DNA from: Antedon mediterranea
Lineage: Eukaryota; Animalia; Echinodermata
NCBI RefSeq assembly: GCF_964355755.1
Contig: NW_027306096.1
Coordinates: 1 to 64,000 of the forward strand
DNA: 64,000 nt
Reading direction: 5' to 3'
The notes below the pieces were generated by a model, which was not told the DNA's origin, searched no databases, and saw only the letters and a list, made by a program, of their open reading frames with translations. Shown here piece by piece: positions 54,026 to 64,000 of this stretch (the first letter of the stretch is position 1; the number at the start of each line of letters is the position of its first letter). Both the position numbers and the translations under genes were made by a program.

Positions 54026-54892
54026 AATCTATTTAAAATATAAAAATGGTTATAATAGTGGCATGCAAAATTAAAGTTATATAAAAGAAAAAAAACATTA
54101 TTATACATATATGCAAAATTGAGTTAGCCAAAACCATTGACTCTGAAGTGTAACCTTATCACTTTCACTCTCTCTCTTTTCTCTCTTAAAAAAAATTAAA
54201 ATTAAAAATGAATTTGGTATTAAATTCGCGTAAATCAAACATAAATCGGTTAAAAATAAAATACAAAACTTAAAAATAGTATGTTACATTGAACATACAT
54301 CAAATCGTGCGACAACTCATCGCGTTCTAATGGTCTTCAAACATAAATCATCAAATTAAAACATAAAACTCAAGAAAGCTGTGGCTGATTAGCCTAAAAT
54401 CAAATATCAAACTTAATCACTTAAAACTTTAAAAGAAACAAATGTGTGTGTCCCGTTGACACAAACTTATCCACAATATATCGTTATCGTCACAACTTTA
54501 TCGATTTAAGCATTTATATTCACAGGTAATTACGATTTCAATCGGTCGACAAATTCGACTTTTGTACTCAATGTTAAAAAAATTACAATTAAAAGTACTA
54601 AGAAAATCTCCTGTTATTGTATATCAATTAATTAATGCTTGAGATTAACGACTCAAAGGTTAAACAAAATATTTGTTACAAAATGATTGTCGTTCCTTTT
54701 AATATCTCAATATATCGATCATTCAAAATTAATCTTTATCAAAAAACTCGTTACAAAATCAATACTTAAACATAAATTCAATTCTCTTTTAACTGAAATC
54801 ACATCATTATTAAACAAATCTCATCAAATACGTAGACTATGCTATCAATAATTTAGCAAATGTCGTAATTAAAAAAAATTTCTTGCAAAAAA

Positions 54893-56173
54893 TTAAATCA
54901 GTAATTTGCGATCATTAGATTCTTGTTTTGTTTTATCGGTGTTGCGTTTGGCTGAAGTCGGTTTAGAATACGAAACTAAAACTTGGAAATGTCCTGCTTT
55001 AAATCTACCTCGGTTTAATGTCATACTTGAATCATTAGGTGCTGTCATAATTAGATTAGTTTGTTCCTTTATTTGTTCTTCTTTCATTTGGAATGGGGCT
55101 GCTAATCCCATGTTATTCTCTACACAGTCAATGTAAGGTTGCAAGTTAAGGGGTTCTATCTTAGTTGGATGTGTAAGGGTATCTGATTGCAATTGGGCGG
55201 GTGTCCTATCATGTTCGTCTACAAATTCAACATTGATTTCGTCATTTAGTACATTAATGGTGTTTTGGATTTTATCGTTATTATCATCAGTGGGTTCATT
55301 CAACAATTGTTTAAGTTTTTGTAGATGTGTAAAATTTTTGCGTTCTTTGGGTGTTCTCATAAAACAGGGTTTCAGTCTGTTATAATTGAATACGTCGCGA
55401 AGTATTTCTCCTTTAATCGTTGCTAGGATGTAGTGTGTTCTGTCTAGTACTTCATGAATTACTAATGGTCCGACCCATTCTGCGGCGATTTTCTTTGAAT
55501 TTGCCGTTAGTGATGATGATGTTGGCTTGTATAAATATACGAGTTGTCCTACTGAGTAAATTGGACTTTTTTCTAAGCGTTGGGAAATTTTCGAGTTTTG
55601 GACGTTTTGTTGTGTTCGCTGTAATTGTAGCATTGTCTGTGAAATGTTTTGAAATTTCTTCTTGAGGTGTTCAAAGTATTCTTCATAGGAATGAGACAAT
55701 CCTGAAATAGGGTTAAATGCTAATGAGGTCAAACTTGGAGGTTGGCGGCCAAAAACTAATTCGTAAGGGGAGTGGTTTCCTAAATGTGGGGATGAAAACG
55801 AGTTATAAGCATAACATGTTGTTGATACAAATCTAACCCAATCTGTTCCGAATTGGTTAAGGTTGACCTTTAACAGGTCCGATACGGTGCGGATATGACG
55901 TTCAACTTGTAAACTACCGTGATTGTGGACGCTGATGATTTTCCTATCAATATTAAGGGTGTTACATAATAGTGTTAATAATTTTCCTGTAAGGGAGGTT
56001 GCTGCATCTGAAATAAGACGAGATGGGGGTCCAAAAATACTGATGACCTTTTGAATTAGTGCTTCACAAATTGTTTCGGCATCAATGGATTTCAAAGGTA
56101 CACAAATCAAAAATCTAGTTATCTCATCACATACTACCATAATATGTTTAAAACCTGAAGGTGATGTTGGCAT
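54893..56173 (-). pseudogene. Gypsy pol: integrase core and C-terminal extension
   Basis: VVCDEITRF, FGPPSRLISD, QVERHI, AYNS, SPYELVFGR, WVGP. Frameshifted from the upstream pol segment near 56180-56200. Confidence 0.92.
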
Positions 56174-56177
56174 ACTC

Positions 56178-57590
56178 TTAAAATCTAGACTGAGTGTATG
56201 AAAGGGACGGTACTCGATCGTGTAAAGGACGTAACTTATCGGTTTTGGGACGAAATTGTTGACATCTAAGACACGCTTGGGTATAATTGTTGACTTTCTC
56301 GAACATAAGAGGCATGTAAAATAATTTCCTAATAGTAAGGTAAGTACGCATCGTACCTTGGTGGCTACTTAACAAATTGTCGTGATACTGAGAAATAATA
56401 GTTTCGGCTAAGTTTTCAGGAACGGCTAATTGCAATACAAATTCTCCACCTTTATCTTGGAAAAACAAACGGAATAGTAAACCGTTGCACAATATGTACT
56501 GCTCTGACTTATTCTGAACTGCACGAGCTGCTTTCTTATCAGCTGGAAGGATATCATGAGCTAAATAATCGTAAACTGGCTTAAAAAATGGTGAAGTTTC
56601 TTTTTCAACACGTAATTGTTTAACATCTACTGGGAGGTTATAATCTCTAATTATCTTTCTTTGAATAACATCCATTAATCTATCTAAGTCTTGTTGTTTT
56701 GGGATGTGTGCTGACTTAACTTCAGTTATGTTGGGTACTAGTGGTTTGGGCGATGTATACAATTCAACTGGTACATTTCGATGTGTAGTATCTTTGCTTT
56801 GCTTATTTTTGTCTACTAGTCGTTCCTCTGGAGGTTGTCGAATGTTCACATTACGTATTGGGGGTGGTGTTACGATAGATGGCGTTATGATAGGCGGTGA
56901 TCGATGTGCGTTTGTTTGTTGTCTCGTGATTATCTGTGGTGTAGTGGTAGGTTGAGGTGTAGGTCGCGTGTTTGTTGTCACTGGGTTTTGATTAATGACG
57001 GGCGTTTGTACTGGTTTGGGTTTATGTAGGTTAGGTATATTTATTCCCATTTTCTTGGCGTATGACCTTGTTACTGGTCTGCAAGTAGATGTGTTTGTAA
57101 TCGGGTTAAGAGATTCAGTCTCTGTAATATTAAATGCAATGGGTACAACTTGATCAATTTCGGAATCGTCGTCACGAGGGGCTCGGGAGAGAAAATCTGC
57201 TAAAACTAATTCAGTTCCTTTCTTATAACCAATTTGGAAAATGTATCCGGACAATCGTAATATTAGTTTCTGTAAACGGGGTGTACATGGCTGATCTTTT
57301 GAATTCCAAATTTGTACAATTGCTGAGTGGTCTACGAATGCATCAAATTTGCAACCCTTTAGTAAGTGTCGAAATGCTGAAACGTTAATGTAAAGTCCAA
57401 ATAACTCTAATTCTGTGACGCTATATCGTTGACAGGCTTGTGGTAAGATTTTGGAATAATAACCTATTATGTGTTCTGTACCGTTTACTGTTTGTGTTAT
57501 ATATGAACCTGTTGCGGTTCTTGAAGTGTCGCTATATAGCGTAAATCTACCTTCTTTTCTAGGCATTTGAAGAGTTGGTGGTTTAACCAT
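56178..57590 (-). pseudogene. Gypsy pol: RNase H, Pro/Thr-rich linker, integrase HHCC zinc finger
   Basis: LYSDTS, YSVTELE, VDHSA, LADFLSR; then YHDNLLSSHQG...CLRCQ. Confidence 0.92.
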
Positions 57591-59320
57591 TAATTGTTTA
57601 ATTTCGTCAAATGCTTTCTGGTGGTCAGTAGACCAAACAAATTTTCGGCGTTTACTCGCGAGTGTATGTAACGGACGTAAAATTGATTGTATTTGAGGGA
57701 AAAATGGGATACATAATTTACTGCACCAATAAATCGTTTAGTTTCTTTATGGGTTCGTGGGACTGGCAAATTTCGGATAGCTGCACACCTGTCGCCTAAT
57801 GGTGTGATACATGCGTGTCCTGAAGAATTAATCAGGATGGTGTGTCCCATATATTGCACTTTATTCTTGAATAACTTACATTTCTTTGGGCAAATTCTAA
57901 AACCATTTAATTGTAGGGCTTGTAAAACGGAAACGAGGTGCTGCTTATGAGCAAATTTGTCTTGGCTAAATAAAATAATATCATCATGATGGGCGATACA
58001 GAATTCTCTAGAATTCGGGATTTCATTTAAAATTTCGTCAATCTTTGCTTGAAATATACCTGGCGAAACGTTTAATCCTTGTGCTAATCTCTTATAATAA
58101 TAATGCTTTCCACCATGATATGAAGCTATACCTGTGTATTGTTGGGCATGTTCGGCTAATGGTACACAGTGGAACGCTGATTTCAAATCAATTACGCTAA
58201 GAATCTGTGCATTAGCGTTACCTATTGTTTTCAAAGTTTCGGCCAATAATGGGAATGGGTGATTAATACGTTTTATCCTGGAATTTAGATAGCGAAAGTC
58301 TGTGACAACTCTTTTATCTTTTGAATTTTTCTTTGAAACAAGAAGGACAGGGGAAGTATACGATTGGTGTCCTACTGCTAAGATTCCTAGTTTGACTAAT
58401 TTGTTCAATTCGGCCTCAATAACATTTTTGTCTTTGTCTGTCGCGAAGTATGGTCGAATAAAAAATGGTTCATCGTTAGAGAGGTGTATGTCAGCTTTGA
58501 AGTTTGGGCAGCTAGATAGTTCACCATAAAGTGAAAATGCGTTTCTGTTTTGTTGTAAGGTTTTATACAAATCTTCTTTTTCTCTATGTGTTAAAACGCT
58601 GTCTGTTAAATCAACTTGTTTTCTAATTATTTCTTCCTCGGTTAAAGTTAGCAATGGGTCTGTACGTTCTAAATGTGGGTACTTGTTTGCGTTGTCATTG
58701 GTCAACTTTATTCTATCAATTGGTAGGTCGTTAGTAACTGTTACAAGGTTGGTTAAGTGAAGGCTCGCGATAGGTTGATGTGTATTTAGAGATACGTTTC
58801 TGTTTGTGTTGTTAGTGATATCAATGTTGGTTTCTCCTCTATGTAATTTTACTAACATATCTGATGGACAAAGTTTTGAAATATGGGTGGTTGCATGTAG
58901 AACAACATCAGAATTGCGTACAAAGGCGGGAACCCTTCCTTTTAATTTAACTGTTCTAGTATCACCGGGTTTAAGAAAAATCTTGTGTACTGGACGAAAG
59001 CTAAAAATCTTTGGTCTAATGCGAAATGTGTTTTCCTTAAAATTTAAAGTACCGTCGAGTTCAGACAATGTTTCGGTTCCAAGTATCAGGTCAATACCTG
59101 TCAAATTTTTAACAATTAACGCTGAAATTTTAAATTTGTGTCCTTGGATAAATAATTCGAATTGCACTAAGTGGTTGGAATATAAGAAGTCACCGTTACC
59201 TAATCGAAATTTAGTTGTATTCACTTTAATTGGCTTTAGACGCGATAAGTAAAGTGAGGAATTAACGTACGATTGTGAGATTATAGTTCTAGTTGAACCA
59301 CTGTCAAATAAAGTTAAACA
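57590..59320 (-). pseudogene. Gypsy pol: aspartic protease and reverse transcriptase
   Basis: LFDSGSTRT at ~59297-59305 is in frame with track ORF 57590-59224. DLILG, SPVLLV, DFRYLN, IDLKSAF, LAQGL, HHDD, YMGH. Frameshift near 57700. Confidence 0.93.
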
Positions 59321-59429
59321 TTTCTACCATCTGGTAAATTTCCTTTAACGTAATTTCTGTCGTTAAGTAACAAATCAATATTATCTAAATTCCCTAAGTA
59401 TTTTGCCTTAAAATTGTCGTATTTAGTAT

Positions 59430-59475
59430 GGGGGGCCAGATTATAGGCGGCATCTAGTCCCCTTTTTAAAAATCC
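59430..59475 (-). promoter_or_regulatory. Putative -1 gag/pol ribosomal frameshift signal
   Basis: G GAT TTT TAA at the gag stop, followed by a GGGGACTAGAT...ATCTGGCCCC stem-loop. The -1 frame is open toward the protease. Confidence 0.65.
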
Positions 59476-59891
59476 TGCTGGTGGCTAGGGTAGTAATTGT
59501 TTGACTGTTGGTATGGGTATGGCAGGGGATAGTTTCCGTAAGAACGGTTTTGTTGTCGGCAGTGCCTTGCTATGTGGCCTGGTTTCCCGCAGTAATAACA
59601 GGTTGGGGGAGGTTGTCTATATCTTGGGGTCGGTGGGGTCTGGAATCGGGGTTTGTATGGGCTTGGGCTTCGGTTTCGTCTTGGGATATAATTTCGGGTG
59701 GGGGAACGTGAGCGTCGAGTATCATCATTAAGGGATCGTTTTGTTGTGGCCATGTCTAACTTGAGAGAATTTATCTCATGTTGGAGCGATTCGAGACTAT
59801 TATCTGTTTCCTTATTGATATTGAATGAAACTTCCCGTGTGGCATCATCTACGGAAAGATCAAGGTAATTTTGTGTGCTATTTACGATATT
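59466..59891 (-). pseudogene. Gypsy gag C-terminal half (nucleocapsid, CCHC knuckle), cut off by the LINE insertion
   Basis: NIVNSTQNYLDL...MATTKRS...RSRSP...CYYCGKPGHIARHC, open from the AAT at 59891. Confidence 0.9.
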
Positions 59892-62524
59892 TTTTTTATT
59901 TATTTATTTATTTATTCTGGTATAAAACTTACAACAAGTAGCCGCAAGGCTAAAAACGTTGCAATTACAAAATTACTATACAATACTTACATAACAAAAA
60001 AAAGGATGTAAAAAATGAAATAACAACAATATCACTCTGACTTTTTGGCTCATGAACTATTGTTTAGCAAATTGATTATTGTAGGGATTGGTGAATTTTT
60101 AAATCTTTCGGTTCTCGGTTTGTATTGTTGATATTTGACCTTGCCGTTGCTTCGGAGAACACGAGGAATACTACGGATAGGGGGGAGCAAATAACTGAAC
60201 TTGTCCGAATTCGACATCTTCTTGCCAAAAGTCAGTACAAGATTATCACGCCTGACTTTTAGCAAAGGTAAATTTAAAAATTCTAAAGCTAATTCATATG
60301 AAATGTAATTAAGGCCAAGAATAATTTTTAGGGCCCTTTTTTGAACCCTTTCGATAAGTTGGGTATGAAATTGTGTAATGGCACCATGCCATACAGGGCA
60401 GGCGTACTCCAATATAGGCCGAATGTAACTCAAATAAATACATTTCATATCGTCAACTGGGGCATTAGCCCTACGTAAAATACAGAGTGTAAATAACCTA
60501 CGGGAAGCCTTTGTAATTATTTCATTAACATGTAAATTCCACCTCAAGTCGTCTTGGATAAAAACTCCTAATAGCTTAATATGCTTCACAACCTGGAGTT
60601 CAGTGCCACTAAGAGAGAAGCTAGGAGGCGGTAACTCCCTTAACAAAAAATTAATTCTCATTATACTACATTTCTTGGGATTGGGGATCATATTGTTAAC
60701 TTGGCACCAATTAGTCACATCGTCTAGGCTTGATTGCATAGATTGCTGTTTCCTATATTTAACGGATTCTCCAAGTGTAAGGTCATCTACATATTTCCAT
60801 CCCCTGCAGCTTCCCGTGGAGATATCATTGATTAAAATGAGGAATAATATTGGTCCCAATTTGGTTCCTTTTGGGACACCACATGTTATTTCTTTATAAG
60901 GCGAGGTACAGTTATTGAATTTGGTGTTCATTTTACGATTTGTAAGGAAGCTGCAGATGATGGGAATAAGAGATGACCTCACACCCAAATGGATAAGCTT
61001 ACTAATGACAATGGTATGATCGACTCGATCAAACGCTTTAGCGAAATCAATCGTACATATATTAAAAAAAGTACCACTAGTTTCCAGATCACTAACAACC
61101 GTATTGATTAAGTCAATAAGGTAATGTACTGTTGAGGAGCCTTTTTGACATCCAAATTGTTTCTTATCTAGCAGTCCATTAATGTCCTCTGAAATCCATG
61201 AAACAATAAACGATTCAAAAACTCTGGAAAAAATTGGTGTCAGGGATATAGGACGCAGGTCCTGTAGTGATGATGCATTGCTAACTTTAGGGATAGGTAT
61301 TGCAGTCGCTAATTTCCATATCTCGGGGAAAACTCCCTCAGAGAGACAGGCGTTAAATACATCAGCTAATACTGGAGATATTTCATCCCTAAATTCTTTA
61401 ATTAATTTAATAGGGGGGTCGTCAGGATGACCTGACTTACTGGCATTTAATTTACTTAATATTTTTAGAACTTGGCCTGAAAAGATTGTAGGTGGTGGGC
61501 TTTCAGCTGGTAAAAAGGCTGGTAAAGCTTTTAAATCTAATGACGGTAGTTGACAGCATATAGAGGCAAAATAATCATTCATTTTTATCGCTGATTCAGT
61601 ATAAGATTCACCTGGAAACTTTATGTTTGGTTTATTTTTAAAGTTGCACAAGTTACGTACGCTTTTGTGAAATTTTGCAGGGTTATTAAGTTTAAGACAT
61701 CTAATATTATCCTTGTAAAATGATTCCTTAGCAGTTTTGATAGCTCTTTGTACACAGTTTCTTAGCTTTTTCCATTCGTTTTCCGGTACTCGTTTATATG
61801 CTTGTTGTCTTTCATCCAGCAGGCGTCTTATTTTAGTGGTTATCCACGGTCGGTCAGCAACACGTTTACGAAGACTCTTAATTGGGAAACTATGATTGAA
61901 AGCACTTCTCAGTGATAGCGTAAGCGCATCAGTTTTACCATTACAGGTATCAGCGTCAAATACTTCATCCCAACCATGGCTGGTTATCCACTGACCAAAG
62001 CTTCTAATTGAAGAGTCGGTGTAAGGTCTCAATTTTATGTGAACGTATTTTGATTGTATGATCTCATTGAGTGGCATGACGACGATAGAATCATGATCAC
62101 TACGCCCTAAAGGCGCATGGCGTTCTGGAAGGTGATAATGTTCGGGATGGCTCATAAAGATCTTATCAAGAAGAGACGTCCCACGTGTATGAAAATTAAC
62201 GATCTGGGTTAAGGCAAGACTAGACGTGAGTTGGTCAGTGTCTAAGTCGTTAAAATCACCCAATATGATAATAGGTGTAGACATGTCTTTGGTGCGAATA
62301 GAATCAACTGTCTGTATTAGATGGTTTAACAAATCCTCACTACCTTCTGCTGATGGTGGGTAATAAACAGCCCCAATGTAAATGTTTTGCGACGTTCTGC
62401 CAGTAGTAGGTGACACTATTTTCCTCCAACAACATTCGTAGTTACATAAAGGATGCTCGTCGATAGTATTCACACAAAACTTTTCTGCTACAAACAAAGC
62501 GATTCCCCCGCCACTACGTTCGAA
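59892..62524 (-). mobile_element. 5'-truncated LINE (CR1/L2 group) nested in Gypsy gag
   Basis: APE and RT coding region, 3' UTR with stem-loop (59939-59952), (TAAA)n/A tail. AAT at both junctions; removing the insert restores gag ...DATID-N-IVNST.... Confidence 0.93.
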
Positions 62525-63061
62525 ATTGTCAATAGTGGCATCGATTGGGGTGGACATGGCTACAGCTGCTCTACATTTTGGTGGAAGGGTCGAAATAAAT
62601 TTATTCTTTATCTGCTGGTCAGCGTATCCAATTCTGTCTGCGGCTTGTTTGATTTTGGTTAAGTGCTTTTCGGCGTTGTCGCCAGTGGTGTATGTAATTG
62701 AATCGTATTCTCTTATGTGCGCATAGATTGATTTGTTTTTACTAAACCTGTTGATGAATTGGGTTTTTAAGGATTCTAGTGAATCGAACTGCTTTCCCTC
62801 AATCCAGAGTCTAGCTTGGCCCTGAAGGCTACGTTTGAAAATACTTATTACATTAAATAATTGCGCATTGTTTACAGGGTTTTCTAAAGTGTGGGCCTCA
62901 AGGTAGTCGGTAAACGATAAGTAGTGTGCACTACATTGGTCGTGATCGGTTATGGAACCGTCATATCTTTTGGGAAGGAAATCGGTTTGTCTTAGGTGGG
63001 GCACGGGGTGAGGATTGACGGGCTCATTTAAAATTACTTCGTTATCAACAATGTCGACCAT
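60050..63061 (-). CDS. Chimeric 1003-aa ORF: Gypsy Gag N-terminal ~179 aa fused to LINE APE endonuclease-RT
   Basis: Residues 1-179 are retrotransposon Gag-like (PKRYDG, SLQGQARLW, LKTQFINRF). Then RSGGGIALFV, YYPP, GDFND, SDHD (APE) and RPISLT, QFG, DFAKAFD, YVDD, KLLGV (RT). No stop codon. Confidence 0.9.
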   Translation of the reverse strand: MVDIVDNEVILNEPVNPHPVPHLRQTDFLPKRYDGSITDHDQCSAHYLSFTDYLEAHTLENPVNNAQLFNVISIFKRSLQGQARLWIEGKQFDSLESLKTQFINRFSKNKSIYAHIREYDSITYTTGDNAEKHLTKIKQAADRIGYADQQIKNKFISTLPPKCRAAVAMSTPIDATIDNFERSGGGIALFVAEKFCVNTIDEHPLCNYECCWRKIVSPTTGRTSQNIYIGAVYYPPSAEGSEDLLNHLIQTVDSIRTKDMSTPIIILGDFNDLDTDQLTSSLALTQIVNFHTRGTSLLDKIFMSHPEHYHLPERHAPLGRSDHDSIVVMPLNEIIQSKYVHIKLRPYTDSSIRSFGQWITSHGWDEVFDADTCNGKTDALTLSLRSAFNHSFPIKSLRKRVADRPWITTKIRRLLDERQQAYKRVPENEWKKLRNCVQRAIKTAKESFYKDNIRCLKLNNPAKFHKSVRNLCNFKNKPNIKFPGESYTESAIKMNDYFASICCQLPSLDLKALPAFLPAESPPPTIFSGQVLKILSKLNASKSGHPDDPPIKLIKEFRDEISPVLADVFNACLSEGVFPEIWKLATAIPIPKVSNASSLQDLRPISLTPIFSRVFESFIVSWISEDINGLLDKKQFGCQKGSSTVHYLIDLINTVVSDLETSGTFFNICTIDFAKAFDRVDHTIVISKLIHLGVRSSLIPIICSFLTNRKMNTKFNNCTSPYKEITCGVPKGTKLGPILFLILINDISTGSCRGWKYVDDLTLGESVKYRKQQSMQSSLDDVTNWCQVNNMIPNPKKCSIMRINFLLRELPPPSFSLSGTELQVVKHIKLLGVFIQDDLRWNLHVNEIITKASRRLFTLCILRRANAPVDDMKCIYLSYIRPILEYACPVWHGAITQFHTQLIERVQKRALKIILGLNYISYELALEFLNLPLLKVRRDNLVLTFGKKMSNSDKFSYLLPPIRSIPRVLRSNGKVKYQQYKPRTERFKNSPIPTIINLLNNSS

Positions 63062-63460
63062 ACTTTATAATATTAATTATTCAAAATATCAAAAACAATT
63101 TAGTGTATATATATGTAAACTCTCACTTTTCAATCAAGGTTACAAATCAAAAATCAAAATGGTTTTGACTTACCCCAAATGCTTCGGATCCAATTAAAAA
63201 TGAATTAAAGGAATGCAAAAAAGTGTTCAAAAATGTTCAAATGTTCAAACAACGAATTAAAAAAATGTTAAAAGTGTTCATCAATGTTCAAATTTTCAAA
63301 CAACGAATTCAAAAAAATGCGAAAGGTGTTCATCAATGTTTAAAATGGTCAAAAAAAATAAATGTTAAAAAAAACGATCGAAAAAAAACGGCGTGAAGTT
63401 GAAAGTGTTCAAACGAAATAGTTCTTGTCCGCTTGCTTCTGTTTTGATTCTGCTTGGGTC

Positions 63461-63661
63461 TTCCTAGATTATCTTCTTTGTCTTTATCCAATGGTTATAA
63501 TTTGATAAAATTTCTGCTTGTCTCGATCTCATTCAAATATAATTTCAGCTTGTCTTTTGTGTCTTCCTCGATTATCTTCTTTGTCTTCATCCAATGGTAA
63601 TAATTTGATCAAATTTCTGCTTGTCTCGATCTCATTCAAATATAATTTCAGCTTGTCTTTT
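63461..63661. repeat. ~103-bp direct duplication in the Gypsy 5' leader
   Basis: ttcct(a/c)gattatcttctttgtc...ttcagcttgtctttt occurs twice, near-identical. Confidence 0.9.
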
Positions 63662-63780
63662 GAATCAAAGTAAATTTCAGGTTTTCTCCTTTCAAACAAA
63701 TATGGTTATTTTTGTCTTCGTCTTCGTCTTCGTGTCTTGTTAAGTGTTTATTTCTTGTTTTCTCACTCCGTTCCTTATGA

Positions 63781-63798
63781 AATTTGGGTCTTCCACCA
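63781..63798 (-). other. Primer-binding site
   Basis: TGGTGGAAGACCCAAATT directly after the 5' LTR CA end; cognate tRNA not identified with certainty. Confidence 0.8.
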
Positions 63799-64000
63799 TG
63801 TAATATAATGTTGCGTTGTTGAGGTACTAATGAAGACTCTTACCCGCTGGACTGTCGTAACACATATATTGTTTATTCAGTATAATACTTCAGTACAATA
63901 TACAACTATAAGTATAGATAAAAAACAGAGAATACAGTGATGCTGTCGGTGAGGTGTGAAGTGTGTAGGTCTGCTTCTGAAGAAGTGGCTGTGAGGTGTG
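63799..64000 (-). repeat. 5' LTR (partial, truncated by the window)
   Basis: Matches 53414-53615 with 5 substitutions in 202 bp by manual comparison. Confidence 0.96.

Larger units (their letters stand above)
53414..64000 (-). mobile_element. Ty3/Gypsy LTR retrotransposon, decayed, running off the window end
   Basis: Two LTRs, PBS, PPT, gag with CCHC knuckle, pol order PR-RT-RH-IN. Confidence 0.96.

Noticed and set aside
54026-54890. env-like third ORF of the Gypsy element
   Set aside because: Very AT-rich with no ORF of 60 aa or more in the track; treated as 3' UTR or decayed integrase tail.
54906-62726. Plus-strand ORFs overlapping pol and the LINE
   Set aside because: Short antisense shadows of real coding frames with no motifs.

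Overview
AT-rich eukaryotic (probably invertebrate metazoan) heterochromatin-like window with no host gene. About 40 kb is one satellite family (87-bp main monomer, ~74-78-bp variants, kb-scale higher-order duplications). It runs on the + strand in 1-19771 and flips to the - strand after a 1.6-kb spacer holding two minisatellites. Three insertions interrupt the array: (i) a 5'-truncated L2-type LINE with an 11-bp TSD; (ii) a 10.5-kb tyrosine-recombinase (DIRS/PAT-like) element with an intact recombinase, a deleted RT, no visible terminal repeats, splice signals and a hairpin array, which also hosts a nest of four ~1.45-kb Helentron/HINE-like elements inserted into one another; (iii) a decayed Gypsy LTR retrotransposon whose gag was hit by a second LINE exactly in frame, giving an open 1003-aa Gag-endonuclease-RT ORF. 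All calls are by-eye motif recognition; no searches were run.
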